From NCBI GenBank assembly GCA_017621875.1, contig JAGASE010000003.1, positions 5,473-69,472 of the forward strand: a stretch of 64,000 bases of DNA, given 5' to 3'. This DNA is from Clostridia bacterium. Its GTDB lineage: Bacteria > Bacillota > Clostridia > UBA1381. The notes beneath the pieces are model-generated. The model saw only the letters and a list, made by a program, of their open reading frames with translations, was not told where the DNA came from and made no database searches. How positions within the stretch are numbered: the stretch's first letter is position 1; the number at the start of each line of letters is the position of its first letter. Below are positions 44,366 through 55,123 of this stretch, in pieces. The position numbers were made by a program, and so were the translations under genes.

Positions 44366-47300
44366 ATGGGAAGAAAAATGAAAACCATGGATGGTAACAC
44401 CGCTGCCGCATATGCTTCTTATGCGTTTACGGACGTGGCTGCTATCTATCCTATCACCCCGTCATCAAACATGGCAGAGGTTACTGACAAATGGGCTACT
44501 GCCGGACAGAAGAACATCTTCGGCAGAACCGTGCAGGTAACCGAAATGCAGTCAGAAGCAGGTGCTTCGGGTACAGTTCACGGCTCACTTGCAGCAGGTG
44601 CACTCACCACAACCTACACGGCATCACAGGGACTTCTTTTGATGATACCTAATATGTACAAAATTGCAGGTGAGCTTCTGCCTTGCGTATTTAACGTATC
44701 TGCAAGAGCTCTTGCATCACACGCACTTTCAATTTTCGGCGATCATCAGGACGTTATGGCTTGCCGTCAGACAGGCTTTGCTATGCTCGCATCAACAAAC
44801 CCGCAGGAGGCTATGGACTTAGGTGCCGTTGCTCACCTTACAACAATTAAGGGTAAGGTTCCGTTCCTTCACTTCTTCGACGGCTTCAGAACAAGCCACG
44901 AGTATCAGAAGGTTGCTTGCTGGGATTATGCTGATCTTGCAGAAATGGTTGACTGGGACGCTATCAATGAGTTCAGACAGAATGCATTGAATCCTGCTCA
45001 CCCTGTTCAGAGAGGTACTGCACAGAATCCTGATATATTCTTCCAGGCAAAGGAAGCTTCAAACAAGTATTATGAGGCTATTCCGGAGCTTACACAGCAG
45101 TATATGGACAAGGTTAACGCTAAAATCGGTACAGATTATAAGCTGTTCAACTACTATGGTGCAAGCGATGCTGAAACAGTTATCATCGCAATGGGCTCTG
45201 TAAACGACACAATTTCAGAGACTGTTGACTATATGAACGCAAACGGTGAAAAGGTTGGTATGATTAAGGTTCGTCTTTACAGACCTTTCTCTGTAAAGCA
45301 CTTTGTTGAATCTATTCCTGCATCAGTTAAGAGAATTGTTGTTCTTGACAGAACAAAGGAATCAGGTTCAGTAGGCGAGCCGCTTTACCTTGACGTTGTT
45401 GCAGCCCTCGGCGGCACACAGTTTGCTAACGTTCCTGTTTTTGCGGGTCGTTACGGTCTGGGTTCAAAGGATACAACTCCTGCACAGATTATCGCAGCAT
45501 TCAGAAACACCGAGAAGAAGCAATTCACAATCGGTATCTGCGATGATGTTACAAATCTGTCACTTGAAATTAAAGAAAATCCGAACACAACTCCTGAGGG
45601 CATCAAGAGCTGTAAGTTCTGGGGACTGGGTGCAGACGGTACTGTTGGTGCTAACAAGAACTCAGTTAAGATTATCGGTGACCACACCGACATGAACGTT
45701 CAGGCTTACTTTGATTATGACTCAAAGAAGTCAGGCGGTCTTACAGTTTCTCACCTTCGTTTCGGTAACGCTAAAATCACATCTACCTACCTTATCAACA
45801 AGGCTGATTTCGTAGCTTGTCACAAGGCTTCTTATATCAGACAGTATGATATGGTTCAGGATGTAAAGCCGGGCGGAGTATTCCTGTTAAACTGCTCATG
45901 GGATGCAGCAGAACTGGAAACACATCTTCCGGGTCAGGTTAAGAGATATATCGCTGAAAACAACATTCAGTTCTATACAATCGATGGTGTTAAGATTGGT
46001 AAGGAAATCGGTCTTGGCAACAGAATTAATACGGTTCTTCAGTCAGCATTCTTCAAGCTTGCAGACATTATCCCTGCAGAGGACGCTATCCGCTACATGA
46101 AGGAAGCGGCTACAGCTTCTTACTCAAAGAAGGGTGACGCTATCGTTAAGATGAACCATGACGCTATTGACGCAGGTGCAGAAGCTATCGTTAAGGTTGA
46201 GGTTCCTGCTTCATGGAAGGACGCAAAGGACGAGGATTTGTCAGTTAAGCATGAAGGCGAAGGCAAGTTGGTTGATTACGTAAATAACGTGCTTGTTCCG
46301 GTTAACGGCTTCCGCGGCATGCAACTGCCTGTATCAACATTTGTTCCTTATGCAAACGGCGAGGTTCCGCTCGGCTCATCAGCATATGAGAAGAGAGGTA
46401 TCGCTATAGATGTTCCTACTTGGAACGGCGACGTATGTCTGCAGTGCGGACTTTGTTCATATGTATGTCCACACGCTTGTATCCGTCCTGTAGTTCTTAC
46501 AGAGGAAGAAATGAACAATGCTCCTGAGGGCATCAAGTACGTTAAGATGAAGCAGCTTGACGGCTATTACTACGGTATGGCTATCTCTGTTCTTGACTGT
46601 ACAGGCTGTGGCTCATGTGTAAACGTATGTCCTGAGGTTAAGGGTACAAAGGCTCTGTCTATGTCACCGCTTGACATGAATCTTAACGAGCAGAAGGGCT
46701 TCGACTACGGCATTAAGCTTGCTACAAAGCCATCAGTGCTTGAAAAGTTCCCGCTCACAACAGTTAAGGGCTCACAGTTCAGAACTCCTTACCTTGAGTT
46801 CTCCGGTGCTTGTGCAGGCTGTGGCGAAACACCTTACGCTAAGCTGATAACACAGCTGTTCGGTGACAGAATGTATATCGCAAACGCAACAGGCTGTTCA
46901 TCAATCTGGGGCGGCTCAGCTCCTTCAACACCTTACACAACCGACGAATGCGGCAGAGGTCCTGCATGGGCTAACTCACTCTTTGAGGATAATGCTGAAT
47001 ACGGCTACGGTATGTTCTTAGGTCAGAAGGCTATCCGCGAAAAGAATATTGAAAAGCTTGAAAAGCTTGCAGAAGATGAGCCATCAGTTAAGTCTGCAGT
47101 TGACAAGTTCATCGAAACAAAGGATTGCGGCACAGCAAACCGTGTTGCTACAGATGAGCTGTTAAAGGCTATCGCTAACTTAAATTCACAGGAAGCTAAG
47201 GACGTTCTTGCTGATAAGGACTTCTTGAATAAGAAATCTGTATGGATCTTCGGTGGAGACGGTTGGGCATACGATATCGGCTTCGGTGGTCTTGACCACG

Positions 47301-47878
47301 TTCTTGCATCAGGCGAAGACGTAAACGTAATGGTATTCGATACCGAAGTTTACTCAAATACAGGCGGTCAGTCTTCAAAGGCTACACCTACAGGTGCAAT
47401 CGCTCAGTTTGCAGCAGCAGGTAAGGCTGTTAAGAAGAAGGATTTGGCTGCAATCGCTATGAGCTATGGCTACGTTTACGTTGCACAGATTGCTCAGGGT
47501 GCTGATTACAACCAGTGCTTAAAGGCTATGCTTGAGGCTGAAAGTTACAACGGTCCGTCACTTATCATCGGTTATGCTCCATGTATCAACCACGGTATCA
47601 AGGGCGGCATGAGTATCGCTCAGACAGAGGAGAAGAAGGCTGTTGAAGCAGGCTACTGGCACCTCTTCAGATATGACCCAAGACTTGCTCTTGAGGGTAA
47701 GAATCCGTTCCAGCTCGATTCAAAAGAGCCTAAGGGTAATTATGAAGACTTCATCATGGGCGAAGTTCGTTACAATTCACTTGTTCGTGCTAACCCTGAA
47801 AGAGCAAAGGCTCTGTTTGAAAAGGCTCAGGCTGATGCAAAGGCTAAATATGATAAGCTGGTTGAGCTTGCAAAATAA
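44366..47878 (+). CDS. nifJ: Pyruvate:ferredoxin (flavodoxin) oxidoreductase
   Basis: The 1170 aa product has two 4Fe-4S ferredoxin motifs (CLQCGLCSYVCPH and CTGCGSCVNVCPE) and a TPP-binding GGDGWAYDIG motif. Confidence 0.95.
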   Translation: MGRKMKTMDGNTAAAYASYAFTDVAAIYPITPSSNMAEVTDKWATAGQKNIFGRTVQVTEMQSEAGASGTVHGSLAAGALTTTYTASQGLLLMIPNMYKIAGELLPCVFNVSARALASHALSIFGDHQDVMACRQTGFAMLASTNPQEAMDLGAVAHLTTIKGKVPFLHFFDGFRTSHEYQKVACWDYADLAEMVDWDAINEFRQNALNPAHPVQRGTAQNPDIFFQAKEASNKYYEAIPELTQQYMDKVNAKIGTDYKLFNYYGASDAETVIIAMGSVNDTISETVDYMNANGEKVGMIKVRLYRPFSVKHFVESIPASVKRIVVLDRTKESGSVGEPLYLDVVAALGGTQFANVPVFAGRYGLGSKDTTPAQIIAAFRNTEKKQFTIGICDDVTNLSLEIKENPNTTPEGIKSCKFWGLGADGTVGANKNSVKIIGDHTDMNVQAYFDYDSKKSGGLTVSHLRFGNAKITSTYLINKADFVACHKASYIRQYDMVQDVKPGGVFLLNCSWDAAELETHLPGQVKRYIAENNIQFYTIDGVKIGKEIGLGNRINTVLQSAFFKLADIIPAEDAIRYMKEAATASYSKKGDAIVKMNHDAIDAGAEAIVKVEVPASWKDAKDEDLSVKHEGEGKLVDYVNNVLVPVNGFRGMQLPVSTFVPYANGEVPLGSSAYEKRGIAIDVPTWNGDVCLQCGLCSYVCPHACIRPVVLTEEEMNNAPEGIKYVKMKQLDGYYYGMAISVLDCTGCGSCVNVCPEVKGTKALSMSPLDMNLNEQKGFDYGIKLATKPSVLEKFPLTTVKGSQFRTPYLEFSGACAGCGETPYAKLITQLFGDRMYIANATGCSSIWGGSAPSTPYTTDECGRGPAWANSLFEDNAEYGYGMFLGQKAIREKNIEKLEKLAEDEPSVKSAVDKFIETKDCGTANRVATDELLKAIANLNSQEAKDVLADKDFLNKKSVWIFGGDGWAYDIGFGGLDHVLASGEDVNVMVFDTEVYSNTGGQSSKATPTGAIAQFAAAGKAVKKKDLAAIAMSYGYVYVAQIAQGADYNQCLKAMLEAESYNGPSLIIGYAPCINHGIKGGMSIAQTEEKKAVEAGYWHLFRYDPRLALEGKNPFQLDSKEPKGNYEDFIMGEVRYNSLVRANPERAKALFEKAQADAKAKYDKLVELAK

Positions 47879-47897
47879 TCAAATAAAGCTATAATTG

Positions 47898-47929
47898 AAA
47901 AAGTCCGAATTTTCGGGCTTTTTCTTTTT
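47898..47929 (+). terminator. PFOR terminator
   Basis: AAGTCCGA-ATTT-TCGGGCTT followed by a T-run. Confidence 0.7.
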
Positions 47930-47960
47930 GTATAAAGTCTACGGGAAGGAGATAAAACTG

Positions 47961-47989
47961 TTGACTTTAGCGGTAAAATGAAATATAAT
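47961..47989 (+). promoter_or_regulatory. Sigma-70 promoter for the GH65 gene
   Basis: TTGACT, a 17 nt spacer, then TATAAT. Confidence 0.55.
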
Positions 47990-48028
47990 ATATGAATAGG
48001 AAAGAAATGGGACGGAAAGGACATTGAA

Positions 48029-50188
48029 ATGAGAGCTTTTACAATAACAGCAGATAAATTTACGGCAGAAAATATTCCGCACTGCGGAAATAAATTTCTG
48101 ATAGGCAACGGATATTTTGGTATCCGCGGCACAATGGAGGAGTACACAAAGGAGCATATGCCTGCGGTGAATATGGCAGGAATTTACGATAAGGTCGGAG
48201 ATGCATGGCGTGAATCGGTGAATGCACCAAATCCGCTTTCTACATATGTAAAAATCAACGGAAAAAAGCTTGCCCTGCCTGATGCAGAGCCGATTTCGCA
48301 CAAGCAGGAGCTTGATATCGCAAAGGGTATTCACACACGCTGCACAACATGGCAGACCGAGGGCGGAGAAGTATGCGTAACCTGCGAACGCTTTGCAGAC
48401 ATGGCACGCCGAAACGCCGTTGGTATGCGGTATACGCTTAAAACGGATTTTGATTGCACTGCGGAAATCACAACAGGAATTGACGGCGACGTATGGGATA
48501 TAAACGGACCTCACTTTGTAAAGATTGATACTGCGAGCCGCGGCGATATAGAAGCGGTTTCGGGAACAACAGGCGAAAAAGGAATCATTGTAACTGCACA
48601 GGAGTGCGTAAGCTACCGATTTGACGGAGAAATCAATGTCAGATGTGGCGAAAAGCAGGTGTTAAAAACAATCACCTTTACAGCAAAAGCAAATACCGAG
48701 TATTGCTTTGAAAAAACAGCACTTATTTACGCCTCCTGCGATGAAAAGCCATGTACCGATGCGGCAGACGAATTGAATTATGCTGATTTAAAAAGAGAGC
48801 ATATCGCTGCTTGGGAGAGAATATGGGACGTTTCCGAGGTTGAAATCGACGGCGATGATGAGGCGATGCTTGCACTCAATTATTCGATTTATCATTTGAA
48901 TTGTATTGCCCCCAGAGGCTTGTCGGGAATTTCCATTCCGGCACGCGGTCTGTCGGGACAGGTTTATAAGGGTGCGGTGTTCTGGGACACCGAAATGTTT
49001 ATGATAGATTATTACATTCACACCGAGCCTGCAGTTGCCAAAACGCTTTTGCAGTACAGAATTGACACCCTTTGCGGTGCAAAAACAAAGGCGGCGGAAT
49101 ATGGACTTGACGGTGCATATTATGCATGGGAAAGCCAGGAGGGCGGTTTTGAGGCATGCTCGGATTATAACGTGGTAGACGTATTCACAAAGCGTCCTAT
49201 GCGTACCTATTTCCGCGATAAACAGTATCACGTTTCGGCGGCTGTTGTGTATGGAATTATGAAATACATAAATGCGACGGGTGATACGGGCATTTTATCA
49301 GAGGGAGCATTAGAGGTAATTATAGAATGTGCAAGAATGTACCGCTCGCTGCTTATTAAAAAGGCGGACGGAAGTCAATATGAAATCCGCGACGTTGTCG
49401 GACCGGACGAGTACCATGAGCGTGTCAGCAATAATGCCTATACCAACAAAATGGCACAGTTTGTCTTTAAAACCGCATATGACATGATTAAGGCACTGGA
49501 TAATGACAGCTACGATGAGCTGAATAAAAGATACGACCTCGAAAAGCTGCTTGATGTCTTTAAGGATTCCTATGAAAATATGTATATACCGCAGCCGAGC
49601 GAGGATACAGGTCTTATAGAGCAGTTTGACGGATATTTTAAGCTTGAGGACGTAAGCGTAGACGAGGTGCGTTCACGGCTTTTAGATCCAAAGGAATACT
49701 GGGGCGGTGCATACGGCGTTGCAGCGGATACGCAGGTTTTGAAGCAGGCGGACGTTGTGGCTATGCTCAGTATGTTTAAAAATGATTATAACGCAGAGAT
49801 TATGCGTAAAAACTGGGAGTATTACGAGCCGAGAACTGAGCATGGCTCATCTCTTTCGGCATGTATGTACTCGCTGCTTTCCTGCCACATTGGAAATCCC
49901 GACGCGGCATATCCGCTGTTTATGAAGTCGGCGTCTGCCGACATGAATCCGGGCGGTAAGGAATGGGCAGGCGGAATCTATATCGGAGGAACGCACCCGG
50001 CATCAGAGGGCGGTGCGTGGATTGTTGCAGTCAAGGGCTTTGCAGGAATTGATATTGCAGACGGCGAGCTTGTGTGTAATCCGAATTTGCCGAAGAAGTG
50101 GAAAAAGCTGAGCTTTAAGCTGATGTTTAAGGGCGAGCTGTACTGTATCTCTATCGAAAATGGCAAAGGAACAATAAATAAAATATGA
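48029..50188 (+). CDS. Glycoside hydrolase family 65 disaccharide phosphorylase (maltose/kojibiose/trehalose-phosphorylase-like)
   Basis: The GH65 N-terminal pattern FLIGNGYFGIRGTMEE is present. The central (alpha/alpha)6 region has LSGQVYKGAVFWDTEMF and a C-terminal beta domain follows. Substrate cannot be assigned from sequence alone. Confidence 0.8.
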   Translation: MRAFTITADKFTAENIPHCGNKFLIGNGYFGIRGTMEEYTKEHMPAVNMAGIYDKVGDAWRESVNAPNPLSTYVKINGKKLALPDAEPISHKQELDIAKGIHTRCTTWQTEGGEVCVTCERFADMARRNAVGMRYTLKTDFDCTAEITTGIDGDVWDINGPHFVKIDTASRGDIEAVSGTTGEKGIIVTAQECVSYRFDGEINVRCGEKQVLKTITFTAKANTEYCFEKTALIYASCDEKPCTDAADELNYADLKREHIAAWERIWDVSEVEIDGDDEAMLALNYSIYHLNCIAPRGLSGISIPARGLSGQVYKGAVFWDTEMFMIDYYIHTEPAVAKTLLQYRIDTLCGAKTKAAEYGLDGAYYAWESQEGGFEACSDYNVVDVFTKRPMRTYFRDKQYHVSAAVVYGIMKYINATGDTGILSEGALEVIIECARMYRSLLIKKADGSQYEIRDVVGPDEYHERVSNNAYTNKMAQFVFKTAYDMIKALDNDSYDELNKRYDLEKLLDVFKDSYENMYIPQPSEDTGLIEQFDGYFKLEDVSVDEVRSRLLDPKEYWGGAYGVAADTQVLKQADVVAMLSMFKNDYNAEIMRKNWEYYEPRTEHGSSLSACMYSLLSCHIGNPDAAYPLFMKSASADMNPGGKEWAGGIYIGGTHPASEGGAWIVAVKGFAGIDIADGELVCNPNLPKKWKKLSFKLMFKGELYCISIENGKGTINKI

Positions 50189-50229
50189 GCTAAGATAAAA
50201 ACACTATCCCGATACGGGATGGTGTTTTT

Positions 50230-50325
50230 ATTATGCAGGAAACCTGCGTTTAGCAATGACGGAATAACAAAATTGCTACCAAAATCCTACGCCCGCAGGC
50301 GGGGCTTCTATCAGAAGCTTTTTTA
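50230..50325 (+). repeat. About 96 bp intergenic repeat element, copy B
   Basis: See 27101-27196. It starts right after the GH65 terminator T-run and ends 2 nt before the DeoR stop codon. Confidence 0.8.
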
Positions 50326-50327
50326 TC

Positions 50328-51071
50328 TTAAACTTCTATAAAATTAACGGTTTTATACTTATTTTTTACCTCATCGGAAAATCCGAAATCACTTATCACT
50401 CCGGATACATCTGAAAGAGTGCCGCGATACTCGCCGCAGGGGCGGTCGACCTTTTCGTGGTCGATAAGAAAATAGCTCTCGGAGGAATTATCTATCATCA
50501 TGTTTATAATGAGAGAATAAATTCCGCCGCCCGATATTTTCCCGTCGCTTGTAACCACGGCTGCAGAAAAGAACATCTTGTCCGCGTGATACCGCTGTGC
50601 ATATTCGGCGGTTTCGGCACTGCAAATAACCGATGGAGGGTCGGATATTTTTCCACCGAGGCAGATGACCTCTATATTATATTCGCTCAGGAATGCCGCA
50701 AGCGAGAGATTGTTGGTTATAACTCTTAAATTTTTTCTGTCCGTAATATATTTGCCTATGTACTGGGAGGTGGTTGACGCATCAATAAAAACGATATCAC
50801 CGTCGCAAATAAGCTCTGCTGCCTTTTTTGCTATTTTGTTTTTTGCCGGTCGCATTTTGTTGTAGCGGAAGATGAATGGAACTGCTTTGGATTTAACCGG
50901 CTCCGCACCGCCGTAGCTGCGTTTTATAAGCTTTTGCTTCTGCATAACGTTCAGGTCGCGGTTTATGGTTGCGGTGCTGTAATGCAGCTCCTCGGTCAGA
51001 AATTTCACCGTCACAAATCCGTTCTTTTTTAATATGTCCTCTATAAGCTTTATACGCTCTTTTTGATGCAT
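50328..51071 (-). CDS. DeoR/GlpR-family transcriptional repressor
   Basis: It has an N-terminal DeoR HTH (VTVKFLTEELHYSTATINRDL) and a C-terminal sugar-phosphate-binding domain. Confidence 0.85.
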   Translation of the reverse strand: MHQKERIKLIEDILKKNGFVTVKFLTEELHYSTATINRDLNVMQKQKLIKRSYGGAEPVKSKAVPFIFRYNKMRPAKNKIAKKAAELICDGDIVFIDASTTSQYIGKYITDRKNLRVITNNLSLAAFLSEYNIEVICLGGKISDPPSVICSAETAEYAQRYHADKMFFSAAVVTSDGKISGGGIYSLIINMMIDNSSESYFLIDHEKVDRPCGEYRGTLSDVSGVISDFGFSDEVKNKYKTVNFIEV

Positions 51072-51216
51072 TCTGTGACACCTCTTTTGATAAAAGTTGA
51101 GAAATCTTCAATATTTTTGACTGTATTGAAAAATGTTGAGAAAGATTATATAATAATTATACTTGATTGTCAAAAAAAGTCAAGGGCAAAATATAAACCC
51201 TGCGGAGGATAACACG

Positions 51217-52566
51217 ATGAAAAAGCTGACTGAAGGAAATCTTTACAAAAACTTTATTTTATTTGCGATACCGATAGTGCTGTCGGGGCTTCTGTCGCAG
51301 GGGTATACGATAATAAACACTATTATCGCAGGAAAATTTCTCGGAAATGACGGACTTTCGGCGGTTGGCTCATGCTCCTCGCTTGTGACCTTTATATCCT
51401 CGATTTTTTGGGGCTACAGTGCGGGTTATTCCATATATGTGGCAAAGCTTTTCGGTGCAGGTGATAACAAGGAGCTTAAAAAGGTTGTTTGCAATAACAT
51501 CGCGGCAATATTTTCGGTCACAATATTTGTTTCGGCGGTTGTGATATTGTTTCGCAATCAAATTCTTGATTTTTTGAAGGTTGATGAATCAATAAGAAGT
51601 CAGGCGGCTGTTTATATGACTACGATTTTCTGCGGCTTGTGCCTTGCAACGGTGAATACAAGCTGCGTGTTTGTGATGCAGGCGATAGGACTTAGTACCT
51701 TTCCTTTCGTAATGTCGGCAATTTCCGCAGTAACCACTATTATCGGGAATGTTTTTACCGTAACAGTCCTTGAGTGGGGAGTTTTCGGGATAGCCATTTC
51801 ATCTATAGCAGCGTCGGTCATTGTGAGCATCTGCTACGGCATAAAGATTAAAAAGTGCTTTGCCGAGTTGGGAGTGGAGAAACACAGAGTCTCCTTTGAC
51901 ATAAAGGTATTTAAGGAATCCTTTCCCTACAGCGTTCCGACTATGCTCCAGCAGATGGTTATGTATTTTGCTACCCTGCTCATCGCTCCGATGGTGAATG
52001 CAATAGGAAGTGCTGCCACTGCAAGCTACGTTGTAGTGCAAAAGGTGTATGACTTAAATGCCGGAGTTTACCAAAACTCGGCAAAATCAGTGAGCAACTA
52101 TACTGCACAGTCTGTCGGTGCAAGAAGATTTAAAAATCTCAAAAAGGGTGTGAAGGTAGGGTTTATTCAGGGCGTGGTGCTTTTGTCACCGATGCTTCTT
52201 GGGTGCGTATTTTTTGCTGAGCCGGTGTGTAAGCTTTTCTTCCCGAAAAACGGCGGTGCGGAGGCTCTTGAATACTCGCTGATTTTTTCAAGAATATACC
52301 TGCCATTTATTTACATAAATGTAATAAACAATCTGTTTCACGCATTTTTCCGCGGTACTGCGTCTATGAAGCTGCTGTTTACATCAACGGCTATAGGTGC
52401 TGTGTCAAGACTGATTTTTACCGCTTTGTTTGTGGAAAAATTCGCGATGTCGGGCGTATTTATAGGCTGGGTTATTTCGTGGGCAGTTGAGGCAGTTTTT
52501 GCTGTGGCGATGTACCTGTCCGGCAGATGGAAAAAGAATATTAAGGGCTACAGCCTGCAGCAGTAG
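51217..52566 (+). CDS. MATE-family efflux transporter
   Basis: It has 12 TM segments. The N-terminal LTEGNLYKNFILFAIPIVLSGLLSQ is typical of MATE proteins. The start is placed at ATG 51217, which has GGAGGA upstream. Confidence 0.8.
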   Translation: MKKLTEGNLYKNFILFAIPIVLSGLLSQGYTIINTIIAGKFLGNDGLSAVGSCSSLVTFISSIFWGYSAGYSIYVAKLFGAGDNKELKKVVCNNIAAIFSVTIFVSAVVILFRNQILDFLKVDESIRSQAAVYMTTIFCGLCLATVNTSCVFVMQAIGLSTFPFVMSAISAVTTIIGNVFTVTVLEWGVFGIAISSIAASVIVSICYGIKIKKCFAELGVEKHRVSFDIKVFKESFPYSVPTMLQQMVMYFATLLIAPMVNAIGSAATASYVVVQKVYDLNAGVYQNSAKSVSNYTAQSVGARRFKNLKKGVKVGFIQGVVLLSPMLLGCVFFAEPVCKLFFPKNGGAEALEYSLIFSRIYLPFIYINVINNLFHAFFRGTASMKLLFTSTAIGAVSRLIFTALFVEKFAMSGVFIGWVISWAVEAVFAVAMYLSGRWKKNIKGYSLQQ

Positions 52567-52699
52567 ATTGTTGTATTTACTATCCCCAAGGTCTTGAAAA
52601 AAGCTTGGGGACTTTTCATTTTTAGCCGATAAAGATATTGACATTGTCATAGGGGCGTGATATAATCTTGAAAAATTTAACTGTTTATGAGGTGTGGTA

Positions 52700-55015
52700 A
52701 TGAGAGTTGTATATTCTGACAAAGCATGCGGAGCTATATCTGAAATAGAAGCAAACGGTATAAGAGTTCCATTTTATGAGAATTTAGGACCTTCCTTTTA
52801 CTATAAAGAGAATAGAAAGCAAAAGCCGGTAATTCTTGAACAAACGGACGGAATATACACCGCAGAGATTGGCGGAGTGCGTTTTTCTTTAGAGCATATA
52901 ATTTCGGACGACACGCTCACTTTAAAGGCTGTGATAAAGAATAATGCGGAAAGTGATTTTGCTCCCGAGGCGATAGGCTTAAAGCTCGGAATCAACTCCT
53001 ATATGGTGGAATATCCGCAGTGGAACGATAAATTTTTTCCGAGCTTTTTAAGGTGCGAAAAAACTCATTTTACGGGATATTTTATGTCCCCGCTTGAAAA
53101 TGCTGTTGCCGTAACCTGCGATTCGCCTGTTGCGGCATGGGAGCTTGACTATAACACCATTGGCTGTGATAACGACCTTGAATGTCATTTCGGTCACAGA
53201 ATTTTTACGGGAAATCTTCTGCTGACGGTAAATGATAGGCTGCCGGAGCGTCACCCGGATAATTTGAGGGGGATAAAAGCGGGAGAGGAAAAAAGCTGGA
53301 CTGTGAGTATAACGCCATTTGACGACGTAAAGGACTTTAAAAAAATGGTTTCGCAAAGGTTTGGACTGCCGATGCTTGAATTTGAGGCGTATACCTTGGC
53401 AAAGGGAGAGACGGCAAGACTGTCGGTATTCAGCAGGGAGAATTATACCGTTAAGGTAAAAAGTCCGAGCGGCAAAATAAGCAGCGGTGAGAGCTTTGTG
53501 CCTTGTGAATACGGCGTATATACGGCGGAGGTTACAACTGCAAGCGGCAAAATAAGCGAGGCAAAGCTTTACTGCCGCCATGACTACGGTTGGTATTTAA
53601 GAGCTGCACGAAAAAATGCGGTATACAAGCCGCAGAAGGCTACCACGCATACCGAAAGCTGGTACGGGCATTTTTCTGCCGCTCTTGCAAAAAAGCACTA
53701 TCCGAATAAAAAGCTTGACAGCTTGGCAAAGGCAAATTTTGACGAGATAATGCCGTTTATGTATGATTTTGAAAAGGGCGAGGCTATTGTTATTCCGAAC
53801 AGGATTCAGAATACGGCTTGCCTTATAGGTCTGCTTACGGATATCTATGAGGCTGACCCTGAGGGCTGCGAAATTTATCTTGACTATGCAAATAACATGG
53901 CGGAGGACCTTTTGGCACGGCAAACCGAGGACGGTGCGTACAGAAACCGTGACGAGCATTATACTTCGGTAATTTATATTGCAAAAAGTGTTCTTGAACT
54001 GGCTTTGTGCGAGAAGGAACTGGCAAATAGGGACATAAAATATAAGGAAAGATATGAGCGGCATTATAACTCCGTAAAAGCGGCAGCAGACGACCTTTTA
54101 AAGCTTGGCGAGAGAATAGGCACCGAGGGTGAGCATACGCTGGAGGACGGCATGATTACCTGCTCGGCACTGCAGCTTGGATATTTTGCACTTACGCTTC
54201 CTGAAAGTGAAAGAGCTCCGTATATTGAGGCAGCCGAGCATCTTATGTCGGTTCACAAGTGCCTTGAGGAGCTTGAAACTCCGGACTGCAGAACAAAAGG
54301 TGCAACCTTAAGGTTCTGGGAGGCACAGTACGATGTGATGATAAGAGGAAATATGATGAATACTCCTCATGGCTGGACTTCATGGAAAAATTATGCTACA
54401 TATTACCTATATCTCCTTACCGGCAAGGAGGAATATCTTAAAGACACGATTGACACAATGGGAGCGTGCCTACAGATGGTGGACGAAGATGAAAATTTGC
54501 ACTGGGCGTTTATAAAGGACCCGTATAATAAGGTTAAGGTCATGATTCCTGACCTTAATGAACCGCTTGAGGACGGATATGAGAGCGTTCCGAAGGACAT
54601 TGAGCCTGCATACAGAGGCAGGTATGTGGAAAAGGTCTTAGGCGAGGAATATGTTGACCTTGTTTCAGGCTGGTACAGAGCAGGAGAACAGAAGATGATG
54701 GGCGGCTATCAGCTTTGTCCGCTTATTTACGAGGATTATTCGGTAGATGTTGATAATCAGGGCGGTGCCTGCGACAATGACGTTCATGAGCATTTTAAAT
54801 GTCTTGAGGAAACCCTGCTCAAAAAAGCGTTTTTGATAGTGAGAGATGAGGTTAAGGGTTATAACTGTGCTGCTTTAAAAAGCGGCGATATTATCAAGGT
54901 ATCGTTGTTTGAGGAGTGCGAGTATATCCACATAAACGCCGACAGACCTGTTATCGTAAACGTAAATGGGAAAGAGATAAAGGCTGATAAGGGACTTCAT
55001 ATGATAAAGCTGTGA
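52700..55015 (+). CDS. Large cytoplasmic hypothetical protein, possibly an (alpha/alpha)6-barrel carbohydrate-active enzyme
   Basis: It is about 771 aa with no signal peptide. A beta-rich N-terminal half is followed by a helical repeat half. It lies in a GH65/DeoR/MATE cluster. I recognise no family motif. Confidence 0.5.
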   Translation: MRVVYSDKACGAISEIEANGIRVPFYENLGPSFYYKENRKQKPVILEQTDGIYTAEIGGVRFSLEHIISDDTLTLKAVIKNNAESDFAPEAIGLKLGINSYMVEYPQWNDKFFPSFLRCEKTHFTGYFMSPLENAVAVTCDSPVAAWELDYNTIGCDNDLECHFGHRIFTGNLLLTVNDRLPERHPDNLRGIKAGEEKSWTVSITPFDDVKDFKKMVSQRFGLPMLEFEAYTLAKGETARLSVFSRENYTVKVKSPSGKISSGESFVPCEYGVYTAEVTTASGKISEAKLYCRHDYGWYLRAARKNAVYKPQKATTHTESWYGHFSAALAKKHYPNKKLDSLAKANFDEIMPFMYDFEKGEAIVIPNRIQNTACLIGLLTDIYEADPEGCEIYLDYANNMAEDLLARQTEDGAYRNRDEHYTSVIYIAKSVLELALCEKELANRDIKYKERYERHYNSVKAAADDLLKLGERIGTEGEHTLEDGMITCSALQLGYFALTLPESERAPYIEAAEHLMSVHKCLEELETPDCRTKGATLRFWEAQYDVMIRGNMMNTPHGWTSWKNYATYYLYLLTGKEEYLKDTIDTMGACLQMVDEDENLHWAFIKDPYNKVKVMIPDLNEPLEDGYESVPKDIEPAYRGRYVEKVLGEEYVDLVSGWYRAGEQKMMGGYQLCPLIYEDYSVDVDNQGGACDNDVHEHFKCLEETLLKKAFLIVRDEVKGYNCAALKSGDIIKVSLFEECEYIHINADRPVIVNVNGKEIKADKGLHMIKL

Positions 55016-55076
55016 GGGAATTAAAACGGATTTGGACTGATGCTCAAAAAAGGGGACTGAAATTTTCGACAGTCTG

Positions 55077-55110
55077 AACAAAGCGGTGTAGGAACTACAC
55101 CGCTTTGTGT
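55077..55110. terminator. Bidirectional terminator (hypothetical gene / spoIIID)
   Basis: ACAAAGCGGTGTAG-GAA-CTACACCGCTTTGT. Confidence 0.75.
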
Positions 55111-55123
55111 TTAAATATTCAGG

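Noticed and set aside
47939-48514. 191-aa minus-strand ORF overlapping the GH65 start.
   Set aside because: It is a shadow ORF with no RBS, and it overlaps the GH65 promoter and a conserved N-terminus.
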